Below, piece after piece: positions 25,347-39,590 of a stretch of 64,000 nt of DNA (position 1 is the first letter of the stretch; every line of letters starts with the position of its first letter). The notes beneath the pieces were generated by a model that searched no databases, was not told the DNA's origin, and worked only from the letters and a program-made list of their open reading frames with translations. A program made the translations under genes and the position numbers. Origin of the DNA: Laetmonice hystrix (taxonomy: Eukaryota); contig OZ249436.1 in assembly GCA_965235115.1 (NCBI GenBank), positions 23,624,001 through 23,688,000 on the forward strand. The letters are read 5' to 3'.

Positions 25347-26328
25347 TAGTGATTAGGAACTTATATACCCCCAGCTGACGGTAATTTTCTTTTGAAATGC
25401 ACGGGCATCAGGCGTAACCCAATTACTTTGACAATGTCCCTAAAGAGAAAAGTTGTATAGTCCTCTACAGGAATCGAACCCCGGCCCCAAGATTACTGCA
25501 CCCATTCGCATAGCATAAGGTATCGACGCCCATGCCCACTCGGCCACCGCCACTTCCCTAAAAAGGAAGCTTTGGTGGTCGAGCAGGACAATGGACCCTC
25601 CCCCCTACACACATCTTCCGAGATGAGACGGAATCCATATTTTCCTAGATAGAGCTACACATGATTTCTACCGAACATTGACTGTTAAGGTAATCCTGGC
25701 ACTGGCGTAGACTGTATTTTTCTTTTGAAATGCACGGGCATCAGGCGTAACCCAATTGTGATTAGGAACCTATATACCCTACCTGACTGTAGTGATTAGG
25801 ACCTTATGTACCCCTCGTTACTGTAGTGATTAGGTCCCTGTATACGCCACCTGCCTGTAGTGATTGAATATGAATTCCCTGACCCAAAAATCCCAGAAAG
25901 GTTGCGTTGATCAGCATTACAGCCACACCATTGAGAGGCTTGTTTCCAAGATGGTGAACGGCAGCCATCTTGGATTTCTCGGTCAAAACGAGGTCGAATC
26001 ATTAAGGAAGTACCAAAAATGAATTCCTTGACCCCAAAAACCCCAGAAAGCATATGCTGATCAGCACTGTAGCCTAAACCATAGAAAAAGTAATTTTTAA
26101 GGTGGCCTCCGGCGGCCATTTTGGATTTTGGCCCCTTGCGAAGTTAGCCCACACTTTCGTGAGGGTCACCCTTGCTAATTTTTCAAAGTAACCCTCAAAG
26201 ATGACAAATCTATAGAGAAACCTTTGTTTGGGCTCCACGGTCACGGAAGTGCCAGAAATGACCCAACTTTATGTTGTGAACTCTTCCTCTACCTCAGTAA
26301 CTGTTGTCTTCTACCTTTCCATCTGCAG

Positions 26329-26436
26329 GTCTCCCTGGGCTGCCCGGGAGAAACGGTGCCCAGGGGGGCAATGGTGCCCCAGGGCTTCCTGGTGAACGTG
26401 GGAGTCCAGGTTTCTTTGGACCACCTGGACGAACAG
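26329..26436 (+). CDS. Collagen exon I (108 bp; GLPGLPGRNGAQGGNGAPGLPGERGSPGFFGPPGRT)
   Basis: Pyrimidine tract plus tgcAG acceptor, GTatgt donor. Confidence 0.92.
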
Positions 26437-26529
26437 GTATGTAATACAAAACTGTGAATGTAAGTATCCTCTTTCCAGTATGAAAGGAACAATCTTCTCC
26501 TGCATATTGCGTGATCAGATTAGTCTAGG

Positions 26530-27760
26530 AGCCAAGGTCCAAAATAATTGATTTTGTTGCACCCCCTCAACATATTCATACACCCATATTTTTCTGAAAG
26601 TAGACAGTCTGAGGAAACATTATAGGTAGGGTGTACTCAATTTTGATGAAATCTGGGGTCAAAGGTCAAAGGTCATGAAAAATGACCCATGACCCCAAAA
26701 ATCACACTTTCCCTAATTTCTCAAAAGATTAAATACATAGAAAGGTCTTTTTGAACATATTGTTGCAGCATCCAATGAGAAAAAAGAAAATGTCTTTATT
26801 TGACCTTTGACCCCAAGGTCAAGGTCACTCAAGGTCAAAAACATCCAAATTAGGCAATATTGTGGAATTTCATTCAAAAAAGTTTCTTTTTGTAAACATA
26901 GAAAAGAGATAAATTTATGCGTTTTGGATATCAATAAAAAGAAATGGAACTTTGGATGTTGAAATTGGTATAAGGCATTTCAGAAAGTGAATTTACTGCC
27001 AAGATATGAATGTTTAAATAAAAAAAGTAAAATATATTTTACAAATGCCAATAATTCATTAGACTGTTCCATGGGACTGTGAATTCATTCATTTCTCAGA
27101 AGAATATGAGCACAGAGCAACAAAAGGGCACATATGGAGTCGTCTTTTAAAGTTAAAGAGGAAAACTTATTCATTTGACCTTTGACCCTAAGGTCAAGGT
27201 CACCATTGACCCTCAAGTTCAAAGGTCAAGGTCAGATTGCGTTTCTTTCACATTTTAATCACACATTAAAAAGAGCCTAATCTACGGATCTGGGTCATTA
27301 TTTGATAGAAATGACAATATTGGATCTGAATATGGACTGAATTTCTTTCAGAAAAAGATGATACTCTCAAAGAATTTGAGAGTTTTAAATAAAGAGAAAA
27401 ATCTTTCAAAAATACCCCAAAAAAATCCAAAAAATCAGAGGACCCCTTTCTAGAATCACGGCTTCATTACTTTCTCAAACATATATGAGTAAACAGTAAT
27501 AAAATAGCACTTTGGGATTGGTCCTCAAGTTGAAGTAGAAAAAGGTAAATTAGAAAATGTCATTGCTTAACCTTTGACCCTGAGGTCAAGGTTACCCTAA
27601 CCCAAAGGTCAAGGTAACCTTGGGGTCATGATAATCCAAGGTCACTGTTGATCAAAAAGCAGCAAAATTAGGAAACAATAGGACAATAAGAGACCAATAT
27701 GGAGATCATTTGAGTATTATATGTCTGACATTTCAAAACCAGTAAATACGAACCGCTATG
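26530..27760. repeat. Interspersed repeat rich in tgacctttgacc / ggtcaaaggtca motifs
   Basis: Motif repeated in both orientations; boundaries approximate, class unresolved. Confidence 0.45.
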
Positions 27761-30274
27761 CCAACTTCTATGGGAATCGACAAGCATTTGGTAAAGTGAC
27801 GGATCCTAAAAGCTCAACTAATTAGGTACCAGCTGGCCAACTGACACACAGACAACACTTAAACACGGCCAGTCGGCGTGCACTGCTTCTTGGAAAGTGA
27901 GACGAGTAGACATGTAGCCACAGTGTTTGAAAACCAGGCCAAATGATAGATTAGCCTTAGAAATACAGATCCAAGGACGTACTCCCCCACAGAAGATGGC
28001 GTCGGTTACATAACAAGTTAGGTTCATATGAGGCATGGCTTAAGTAACAAATATATAACAAATATAACTCATCAGCTTAATGGATTATACATGGGAAGCC
28101 TTATACATCTGCTGACATGTGCTGAGCATGTGACTACGAATCAGCTAAGAATATTCTGAAGCAAATAAAATAGGCAATGGCTGCTGCCAAAGTACTTTGG
28201 GCGGAAGACCACCAAAAGGCTATTGCCAAAGTACCAATCAAAATACAGTATTTCTACTTTGGCAGCAACAAGCCAGGGTAATTGCTGCCAAAGTACCAAT
28301 GGGCGACTGGCTTACAAACTGCTTGTTGCCCGATCCTGCCAAAGTACTTTGGAAGCAAGAAACAATGTATACGGTCAATTCGGGGTTGATGCATGTAACA
28401 AAGTACTGTGTCCGCATTATAAAGCCACACGATTGTGCAGAAAACCGTGGGCTTCAGTATCAAAGTACTTTATGAAGTCAAAACTCGGAAGAGGAGGATG
28501 GTATTGTAGGTTACATTTTATTTACATTGTAACCCGTCGATCCCCACTAAGAGGACTCTATACAAAGGTTGAAACGTGGAGACTACATAATGAAGTTGAA
28601 TAATTAATTACATCGGATGATAACAATCAACACTTTATAAATCTGTATATATAGTTGTACCCAAATCCATATACGCAGGATAGAAATTACTGTTCTGCCT
28701 TATTAGGTGGAGACAACATGGGCAGAATCAAGTAACCCAGACAACCCTCCCAGAGAACCCAACTAACCCCCAAAACCCGGGCAGACCACACTGACCCCGA
28801 GTATCCCTCCCCTTAACCCTGCCCAGCACATCTATAAGCCCCCGCAAAATACAGCTAAATTATCGTAGATGAATATTCTGCATAAAAAACGAAGACGGAG
28901 GAGTCGGGGTGGAGGTGGGACGTTCGTTCACTTCATGTCGACAGATGTTGAGGACTCAACCTTGACCGTTTGCTTGTATTTATACCCTCCGCGGCGCCTC
29001 GTCATTTCCTTTCCTCCAATTCCTGTACCAACTGCGCATGATTTTATTGATAGGAACCAATATGGTGGTCATAGAGATCCTGGTGTAAACAAACCCCTTA
29101 CGTGGATTTAGTAATGGATTGATAACGAAGTAAGTTTACTGACTTAAAGATTTCCCTACAACCATCCTCGTTTAGCTTCATAAATGATCCCGACTTCGTT
29201 GTCGTCGAGCTCGTATTTATGAAGTCAAAACTCGGAAGAGGAGGATGGTATTGTAGGTTACATTTTATTTACATTGTAACCCGTCGATCCCCACTAAGAG
29301 GACTCTATACAAAGGTTGAAACGTGGAGACTACATAATGAAGTTGAATAATTAATTACATCGGATGATAACAATCAACACTTTATAAATCTGTATATATA
29401 GTTGTACCCAAATCCATATACGCAGGATAGAAATTACTGTTCTGCCTTATTAGGTGGAGACAACATGGGCACTAAGCTGAATCGGAGATACAGCTGGAGC
29501 CACCCAAAAAGGCAGACGAATAATCTTGGGCAGTCCACCTGACCATCCGAGCGCCTGAGAAGAAGCTTTGCCATTCTGACTGTCAATACATCACATCAAC
29601 TCTTAAATGTGAGCTTGCCCCGTTAGACGTCTTATATACCTCCCGCACTAAAAACCAGGGATAAAATCCCAACCAATAGGCTAGGTAAAAACCCAGGAAA
29701 AGCGTAGAAGTGTAGGCTACGTGAGCCCTCCAATCGGTAACGCAACGAAGCCAACGGCGCTGAGAGGCCATGGAGGGCCTCAAAGTATACTGTTCCATGA
29801 TCTGCTGCAAGGTGAAGCCGGTGTACCTTGGAATGCTTCTCACTGACTGACCACTAGAAGTCATGCAAATCGGAATTCTGGTGCCCTAATTACCATGCAA
29901 CCAGGATACAAGTCACTGAAACGGTCCATTTCTGGCCAACTGGAAGACGGCCTCCCTTGCAGACCTGAAGAAGAGTCAACCACGGAGCAGTAAGCTTGTA
30001 CTTCCACTGTATGCCTAATGACGGAATCCGACCTGAGCCTAACATCAGACTCCTACTCAATCCACACCGACGAAGAACCGCTCCTAGATGAAGCACCTGA
30101 TGACGCACCACAGCGGCCCCTCCTGTACTGTACCAAGATGCGAAGCGACCACTGGAAGAGCAATAAATATTCCAAGCAGTAATTTTGAACAAGAAGACTA
30201 AGTGATACACTTTAGAAAGGCACATGAACAGACACGGCATCCATAGACCAATAGTTCCTGGGGAACATACTCCC

Positions 30275-30720
30275 CATAATAGTAATAATAGTAATAATAG
30301 TAATAATAGAATAATAGTAATAATAGTAAAAGCGGAGGGATATGGCCCTCATTAATAACAAAAATAGTAACAATACAGTAAAGAATACAAATAACTAAAA
30401 TAGCAATACAATGAATAACAAAATAATAATAATGAAAGGAATGGCAATAATAAAAAAGGATAATCATAAAATGAATATTAATAAAAATATCAATAACAAA
30501 AAAAAATGAATAACAGTAAATAAAATAAATAACAACCATGATAATAAAATGAATAATAATAACAATAATCTTTAAAACGTAAAATGGATAATTGAAATAA
30601 GAGCAATAATAATAGTAATAATAATAAAATGTATAATACTACTAAGTAATCACAATAGAAATAAATATAATAAAATGAATAATAATGTGCATCATAATAT
30701 AAAATAATAAAAATTAAATA
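30275..30720. repeat. (AAT)n-like low-complexity tract; second copy at about 35492-35937
   Basis: Directly visible; the source of the spurious Tyr/Ile/Leu-rich ORFs. Confidence 0.9.
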
Positions 30721-31374
30721 ACCAGGAAACCAAGAGTGACAGATCTTCAATACAACCCCACGATTACCAGTAATAAAATGAAGTGACGGAACCCATGTGT
30801 GAGCCACAGAACTCACAAAAACCCCACTTGCTACAGCAACAATAACATAAACGCAAGTGGCAGAACCAACCAAATACCACTTAACCGCGGTAACAATATT
30901 GCCTTTTAGGTGGAATCAAACCCAGAGGTAACGTTCACATCCTGCCCCATCTCCGTCAGCCAGCCAGTGGGTCGCAGCCTCCAGAAAAGCATCTGATTAC
31001 GCATGACAACGTCCCCTCCTTGGCACTGCCCATCCTCTGGAGCGTCCTCGGAGCCCGACGGACAAATTGGACTCCGGTCCCGAGCCAAAGACGCACGTCC
31101 CCGACCCCTCCGTAGCCGTGGCCTACCATGTCAGGAGCAAAACTGGAAAGGCAAAAAATTTTCAACGCAGTCATCTGGATTAAGAGGAACATAAGATGCA
31201 CCAGTTGAGACACTAGAAGGTAACAAAGGCACAAATGACAAAGTAACTCATGGGCACCCAGATTGGACCCTGAAGAAAAAAACACAGGAGAGATTACAAT
31301 AAACGTAGGGGTACCCAGAAGACATTCATAGATTTGGGGGGGGGGCGAGGAACCCCAAACCTCTCCTCCAAATA

Positions 31375-31830
31375 ACTCTGGGGGGTCCGGGACCAAAAGG
31401 CACCCGGACAAAGCCCAGGAAACGGGTGGAGGGGCCAACGGCACACCCTCCAACCGGGGATAATACCTCTGGGGGGTCCGGGACCAAAAGGCACCCGGAC
31501 AAAGCCCAGGAAACGGGGGGAGGGGCCAACGGCACACCCTCCAACCGGGGGATAATACCTCTGGGGGGTCCGGTACCAAAAGGCACCCGGACAAAGCCCA
31601 GGAAACGGGGGGAGGGGCCAACGGCACACCCTCCAACCGGGGGATAATACCTCTGGGGGGTCCGGGACCAAAAGGCACCCGGACAAAGCCCAGGAAACGG
31701 GGGGAGGGGCCAACGGCACACCCTCCAACCGGGGGATAATACCTCTGGGGGGTCCGGGACCAAAAGGCACCCGGACAAAGCCCAGGAAACGGGGGGAGGG
31801 GCCAACGGCACACCCTCCAACCGGGGGGGA
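31375..31830. repeat. About 91-bp GC-rich minisatellite, 5 units
   Basis: Unit ctctggggggtccgggaccaaaaggcacccggacaaagcccaggaaacggggggaggggccaacggcacaccctccaaccgggggataatac. Confidence 0.92.
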
Positions 31831-34800
31831 GTGGGGTCCACATTCCATACGGAACCACACGAACCCCAAATACCTCCCCCCAGGAAAACATAGGGGGGGG
31901 GAAGGGCCGCGGGTCAATACAGAACAGCACGGCAACACCTTCCAAAGCCCTGAACAACCGGGGGATGGAGGAGGAACCGGGGCCCCCAGAAACACACCCA
32001 GCCCACTAAGCAGAAAATACATATATGAGAAGCAACTTGAAAGGGAAACAGGTTGCAAGGTACATATGACCAACAAGCGTATCATGTATTGTAAAGGAAT
32101 TAACTAAAACAAAGTTATACTCCGTCCAGTCCCGCTCACACTGAACGCGGCACCTCGAAGGGAGCGGTACGGTTTATACCTGCCTCTGTAGTGGATACCA
32201 TCAAGGAGAAAATCCTCCTCGGTAATATACCTCCCAGCCGAGTAGGGGGAAGGGTCAGAACCAGCACGAAGCCATCTCGAAGAGTGTAGTTAGGAAGAGC
32301 ATAATCATCCAAACCAAATAACGTAATCACAGGATGAAGTAACTAAACGTAACGAAGTCTTGAAGAACGCTGTACAAATCGAAAAGTTATAATATATGCA
32401 GCCAAGTTGATAAACTTAACATGACTAAAAAAAAAATTTTTGCTCAGACCAATTCTCATAACGGGAAGAGTTCCGAAGCAGATGTACATGGATCCTCTGG
32501 TCAAATTGCAAAAGGAACTAATACGACTAATATCAAATGTACCCAGTTAGCACCTACCGTAAACTCCAAATAAGCGAATATTAATAGTATAATAAAACAA
32601 AAATTTGCATAATGAAGCAAATTCATGCATAATTCGATACCGGTATACAACCTCGTCCTTTTAGAAATACATGTATATTTTGAATCATACAAAAAGCAAC
32701 TCAGAAGAAGCTAGTAGTAGGAAACATCTATTAGTTAACATGCACCAGCGTAGGGATCCTTCACTGCATGCATAACTGCTCTGATTTAACATGTCTGGTC
32801 AGCATAACAATATATTCAACGCGATACATACCAAAATGTACTCCAAAGGTAGCAAAACATTAAATTATGAAAAGGAATCGGACGAAAACTTGAAACTATA
32901 GTAAGCTTTATATATGCCGATATGCATTTAAAGTGAAGAAATAACACAAATTACTGCGCCTGAGTATAGTACTAAAGACTAAACCGTCTTGAAATCCGGG
33001 ATGAAAATACTGAAGGATACCCCGTTAAAAAGCAACAAAATTCTAAAACGTAATGTGAAGACTGAACTGAAGTATCCATGGCGAAAGACAAGAATCCCGT
33101 TTAGCAGACAATTATGCCAAACATTGATTCTCACCATGACACATTGAAGCATTGCCTAAAAGAAATATGGATAAATGAGGACATACCAAACAGCTCAGTT
33201 AAAGAAATGGATATCAAAGGTCGACTAACTTACAAACGAAAAGTGTATGAAACCAAACTCCCATAATAGCACTGACCAGCAGAGGCTAAAATTACTAAAA
33301 ATAGTACAAAGTAGGACAGACAGTACAGGTGAATAACAGTGGTTGTCCTACCTATGACGTCTTCACTGATAAATGCTATTAGATGAAACGTTGACCAAAA
33401 GGAAAGTGTCCCGTCTGTCTACCAAAAATAGGTACCCACCCAGTGGTGTTTGAAACGCATGCGGTCCATACAGACCCTGTCAACCTGCACGACTAACCCC
33501 GGTCAAATCACGCTACTGAACTGGTCCTAAAGCAGATGCACCGACATAAGCCCCAAGACACTTTTCAATAGAATTACACTGTACCACTGCGAAAACTACC
33601 AAGAAGCGAGCTTTAAGATTAAGATAACACTAAATGGTAAGCAAAACATCAAGCTGATAAATACATAAGGCTCCTCTTAAACCAACTAATGTAACCAAGT
33701 AGGCCTATTACAGTTCGACCCCGTTATAACCTGGTGGAATGGGGTGGGGTGGGCCGGGTTCGGAAAGGAATATGCGTCATGGCAAAGAACATAAGTCCCT
33801 AACATAAAGTAAAAGTCTTGATACTATGCCTGAAGAACATAAATCATTCCCGCCCATATTAGTAGACCAATATTACTTTGAGCAAGACGAACTAAGGACA
33901 GGCACAAAACGCTAAACCGGCCTACTACCCAACACGATGTAAAACTAAGACTCCACGTCAAAGCTGTCAGATACTGAACCATAATTGTTGAGAATAGAAT
34001 GTGTTCTGGAAACGGACGTGGCTGACACCGACTACGGCAAGTTTAGGCTACATAATACAGTTGAGTGGAATGGAAACCAAATTAGAACGAACTCACCAAA
34101 CTCTAACCGATGAACCACAACGCAGGCCTGGCACGCACGTTCGTTCACTTCATGTCGACAGATGTTGAGGACTCAACCTTGACCGTTTGCTTGTATTTAT
34201 ACCCTCCGCGGCGCCTCGTCATTTCCTTTCCTCCAATTCCTGTACCAACTGCGCATGATTTTATTGATAGGAACCAATATGGTGGGCATAGAGATCCTGG
34301 TGTAAACAAACCCCTTACGTGGATTCAGTAATGGATTGATAACGAAGTAAGTTTACTGACTTAAAGATTTCCCTACAACCATCCTCGTTTAGCTTCATAA
34401 ATGATCCCGACTTCGTTGTCGTCGAGCTCGTATTTATGAAGTCAAAACTCGGAAGAGGAGGATGGTATTGTAGGTTACATTTTATTTACATTGTAACCCG
34501 TCGATCCCCACTAAGAGGACTCTATACAAAGGTTGAAACGTGGAGACTACATAATGAAGTTGAATAATTAATTACATCGGATGATAACAATCAACACTTT
34601 ATAAATCTGTATATATAGTTGTACCCAAATCCATATACGCAGGATAGAAATTACTGTTCTGCCTTATTAGGTGGAGAAAACATGGGCACTAAGCTGAATC
34701 GGAGATACAGCTGGAGCCACCCAAAAAGGCAGACGAATAATCTTGGGCAGTCCACCTGACCATCCGAGCGCCTGAGAAGAAGCTTTGCCATTCTGACTGT

Positions 34801-36591
34801 CAATACATCACATCAACTCTTAAATGTGAGCTTGCCCCGTTAGACGTCTTATATACCTCCCGCACTAAAAACCAGGGATAAAATCCCAACCAATAGGCTA
34901 GGTAAAAACCCAGGAAAAGCGTAGAAGTGTAGGCTACGTGAGCCCTCCAATCGGTAACGCAACGAAGCCAACGGCGCTGAGAGGCCATGGAGGGCCTCAA
35001 AGTATACTGTTCCATGATCTGCTGCAAGGTGAAGCCGGTGTACCTTGGAATGCTTCTCACTGACTGACCACTAGAAGTCATGCAAATCGGAATTCTGGTG
35101 CCCTAATTACCATGCAACCAGGATACAAGTCACTGAAACGGTCCATTTCTGGCCAACTGGAAGACGGCCTCCCTTGCAGACCTGAAGAAGAGTCAACCAC
35201 GGAGCAGTAAGCTTGTACTTCCACTGTATGCCTAATGACGGAATCCGACCTGAGCCTAACATCAGACTCCTACTCAATCCACACCGACGAAGAACCGCTC
35301 CTAGATGAAGCACCTGATGACGCACCACAGCGGCCCCTCCTGTACTGTACCAAGATGCGAAGCGACCACTGGAAGAGCAATAAATATTCCAAGCAGTAAT
35401 TTTGAACAAGAAGACTAAGTGATACACTTTAGAAAGGCACATGAACAGACACGGCATCCATAGACCAATAGTTCCTAGGGAACATACTCCCCATAATAGT
35501 AATAATAGTAATAATAGTAATAATAGAATAATAGTAATAATAGTAAAACCGGAGGGATATGGCCCTCATTAATAACAAAAATAGTAACAATACAGTAAAG
35601 AATACAAATAACTAAAATAGCAATACAATGAATAACAAAATAATAATAATGAAAGGAATGGCAATAATAAAAAAGGATAATCATAAAATGAATATTAATA
35701 AAAATATCAATAACAAAAAAAAATGAATAACAGTAAATAAAATAAATAACAACCATGATAATAAAATGAATAATAATAACAATAATCTTTAAAACGTAAA
35801 ATGGATAATTGAAATAAGAGCAATAATAATAGTAATAATAATAAAATGTATAATACTACTAAGTAATCACAATAGAAATAAATATAATAAAATGAATAAT
35901 AATGTGCATCATAATATAAAATAATAAAAATTAAATAACCAGGAAACCAAGAGTGACAGATCTTCAATACAACCCCACGATTACCAGTAATAAAATGAAG
36001 TGACGGAACCCATGTGTGAGCCACAGAACTCACAAAAACCCCACTTGCTACAGCAACAATAACATAAACGCAAGTGGCAGAACCAACCAAATACCACTTA
36101 ACCGCGGTAACAATATTGCCTTTTAGGTGGAATCAAACCCAGAGGTAACGTTCACATCCTGCCCCATCTCCGTCAGCCAGCCAGTGGGTCGCAGCCTCCA
36201 GAAAAGCATCTGATTACGCATGACAACGTCCCCTCCTTGGCACTGCCCATCCTCTGGAGCGTCCTCGGAGCCCGACGGACAAATTGGACTCCGGTCCCGA
36301 GCCAAAGACGCACGTCCCCGACCCCTCCGTAGCCGTGGCCTACCATGTCAGGAGCAAAACTGGAAAGGCAAAAAATTTTCAACGCAGTCATCTGGATTAA
36401 GAGGAACATAAGATGCACCAGTTGAGACACTAGAAGGTAACAAAGGCACAAATGACAAAGTAACTCATGGGCACCCAGATTGGACCCTGAAGAAAAAAAC
36501 ACAGGAGAGATTACAATAAACGTAGGGGTACCCAGAAGACATTCATAGATTTGGGGGGGGGCGAGGAACCCCAAACCTCTCCTCCAAATAA

Positions 36592-37138
36592 CTCTGGGGG
36601 GTCCGGGACCAAAAGGCACCCGGACAAAGCCCAGGAAACGGGTGGAGGGGCCAACGGCACACCCTCCAACCGGGGATAATACCTCTGGGGGGTCCGGGAC
36701 CAAAAGGCACCCGGACAAAGCCCAGGAAACGGGGGGAGGGGCCAACGGCACACCCTCCAACCGGGGGATAATACCTCTGGGGGGTCCGGTACCAAAAGGC
36801 ACCCGGACAAAGCCCAGGAAACGGGGGGAGGGGCCAACGGCACACCCTCCAACCGGGGGATAATACCTCTGGGGGGTCCGATACCAAAAGGCACCCGGAC
36901 AAAGCCCAGGAAACGGGGGGAGGGGCCAACGGCACACCCTCCAACCGGGGGATAATACCTCTGGGGGGTCCGGGACCAAAAGGCACCCGGACAAAGCCCA
37001 GGAAACGGGGGGAGGGGCCAACGGCACACCCTCCAACCGGGGGATAATACCTCTGGGGGGTCCGGGACCAAAAGGCACCCGGACAAAGCCCAGGAAACGG
37101 GGGGAGGGGCCAACGGCACACCCTCCAACCGGGGGGGA
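36592..37138. repeat. About 91-bp GC-rich minisatellite, 6 units
   Basis: Same unit as 31375-31830, with one extra copy. Confidence 0.92.
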
Positions 37139-39499
37139 GTGGGGTCCACATTCCATACGGAACCACACGAACCCCAAATACCTCCCCCCAGGAAAACATA
37201 GGGGGGGGAAGGGCCGCGGGTCAATACAGAACAGCACGGCAACACCTTCCAAAGCCCTGAACAACCGGGGGATGGAGGAGGAACCGGGGCCCCCAGAAAC
37301 ACACCCAGCCCACTAAGCAGAAAATACATATATGAGAAGCAACTTGAAAGGGAAACAGGTTGCAAGGTACATATGACCAACAAGCGTATCATGTATTGTA
37401 AAGGAATTAACTAAAACAAAGTTATACTCCGTCCAGTCCCGCTCACACTGAACGCGGCACCTCGAAGGGAGCGGTACGGTTTATACCTGCCTCTGTAGTG
37501 GATACCATCAAGGAGAAAATCCTCCTCGGTAATATACCTCCCAGCCGAGTAGGGGGAAGGGTCAGAACCAGCACGAAGCCATCTCGAAGAGTGTAGTTAG
37601 GAAGAGCATAATCATCCAAACCAAATAACGTAATCACAGGATGAAGTAACTAAACGTAACGAAGTCTTGAAGAACGCTGTACAAATCGAAAAGTTATAAT
37701 ATATGCAGCCAAGTTGATAAACTTAACATGACTAAAAAAAAAATTTTTGCTCAGACCAATTCTCATAACGGGAAGAGTTCCGAAGCAGATGTACATGGAT
37801 CCTCTGGTCAAATTGCAAAAGGAACTAATACGACTAATATCAAATGTACCCAGTTAGCACCTACCGTAAACTCCAAATAAGCGAATATTAATAGTATAAT
37901 AAAACAAAAATTTGCATAATGAAGCAAATTCATGCATAATTCGATACCGGTATACAACCTCGTCCTTTCAGAAATACATGTATATTTTGAATCATACAAA
38001 AAGCAACTCAGAAGAAGCTAGTAGTAGGAAACATCTATTAGTTAACATGCACCAGCGTAGGGATCCTTCACTGCATGCATAACTGCTCTGATTTAACATG
38101 TCTGGTCAGCATAACAATATATTCAACGCGATACATACCAAAATGTACTCCAAAGGTAGCAAAACATTAAATTATGAAAAGGAATCGGACGAAAACTTGA
38201 AACTATAGTAAGCTTTATATATGCCGATATGCATTTAAAGTGAAGAAATAACACAAATTACTGCGCCTGAGTATAGTACTAAAGACTAAACCGTCTTGAA
38301 ATCCGGGATGAAAATACTGAAGGATACCCCGTTAAAAAGCAACAAAATTCTAAAACGTAATGTGAAGACTGAACTGAAGTATCCATGGCGAAAGACAAGA
38401 ATCCCGTTTAGCAGACAATTATGCCAAACATTGATTCTCACCATGACACATTGAAGCATTGCCTAAAAGAAATATGGATAAATGAGGACATACCAAACAG
38501 CTCAGTTAAAGAAATGGATATCAAAGGTCGACTAACTTACAAACGAAAAGTGTATGAAACCAAACTCCCATAATAGCACTGACCAGCAGAGGCTAAAATT
38601 ACTAAAAATAGTACAAAGTAGGACAGACAGTACAGGTGAATAACAGTGGTTGTCCTACCTATGACGTCTTCACTGATAAATGCTATTAGATGAAACGTTG
38701 ACCAAAAGGAAAGTGTCCCGTCTGTCTACCAAAAATAGGTACCCACCCAGTGGTGTTTGAAACGCATGCGGTCCATACAGACCCTGTCAACCTGCACGAC
38801 TAACCCCGGTCAAATCACGCTACTGAACTGGTCCTAAAGCAGATGCACCGACATAAGCCCCAAGACACTTTTCAATAGAATTACACTGTACCACTGCGAA
38901 AACTACCAAGAAGCGAGCTTTAAGATTAAGATAACACTAAATGGTAAGCAAAACATCAAGCTGATAAATACATAAGGCTCCTCTTAAACCAACTAATGTA
39001 ACCAAGTAGGCCTATTACAGTTCGACCCCGTTATAACCTGGTGGAATGGGGTGGGGTGGGCCGGGTTCGGAAAGGAATATGCGTCATGGCAAAGAACATA
39101 AGTCCCTAACATAAAGTAAAAGTCTTGATACTATGCCTGAAGAACATAAATCATTCCCGCCCATATTAGTAGACCAATATTACTTTGAGCAAGACGAACT
39201 AAGGACAGGCACAAAACGCTAAACCGGCCTACTACCCAACACGATGTAAAACTAAGACTCCACGTCAAAGCTGTCAGATACTGAACCATAATTGTTGAGA
39301 ATAGAATGTGTTCTGGAAACGGACGTGGCTGACACCGACTACGGCAAGTTTAGGCTACATAATACAGTTGAGTGGAATGGAAACCAAATTAGAACGAACT
39401 CACCAAACTCTAACCGATGAACCACAACGCAGGCCTGGCACGCACGTTCGTTCACTTCATGTCGACAGATGTTGAGGACTCAACCTTGACCGTTTGCTT

Positions 39500-39590
39500 G
39501 TATTTATACCCTCCGCGGCGCCTCGTCATTTCCTTTCCTCCAATTCCTGTACCAACTGCGCATGATTTTATTGATAGGAACCAATATGGT
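39500..39590 (-). promoter_or_regulatory. Putative Pol II promoter in repeat A (TATAAATA, CCAAT)
   Basis: tatttata on + equals TATAAATA on -, and is conserved in the diverged 19-kb copy. A GTGAGT donor lies about 100 nt downstream and is also conserved. Confidence 0.45.

Larger units (their letters stand above)
20257..26268. mobile_element. Long-TIR (about 350-450 bp) non-autonomous DNA element, Academ-like, carrying rearranged cargo
   Basis: agttgggtcatttctggcacttccgtgacc / ggtcacggaagtgccagaaatgacccaact; aatccaagatggctgcc motifs; TSD not resolved. Confidence 0.75.

Noticed and set aside
29480..30070. Possible SGNH-hydrolase remnant on the minus strand (SDSVIRH, VRSIP..GFTL), as in some Ngaro elements
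   Set aside because: The motifs are in different frames and interrupted by stops, and blocks III and V are not recognisable. An HMM search would be needed.
30198..30873. Hydrophobic Tyr/Ile/Leu-rich ORFs
   Set aside because: Translation of the (AAT)n low-complexity tract.
30956..32085. Long Pro/Gly-rich ORFs (and their copies at 36173-37392)
   Set aside because: They are open in several frames only because of the stop-free 91-bp minisatellite, and they show no domain motifs.
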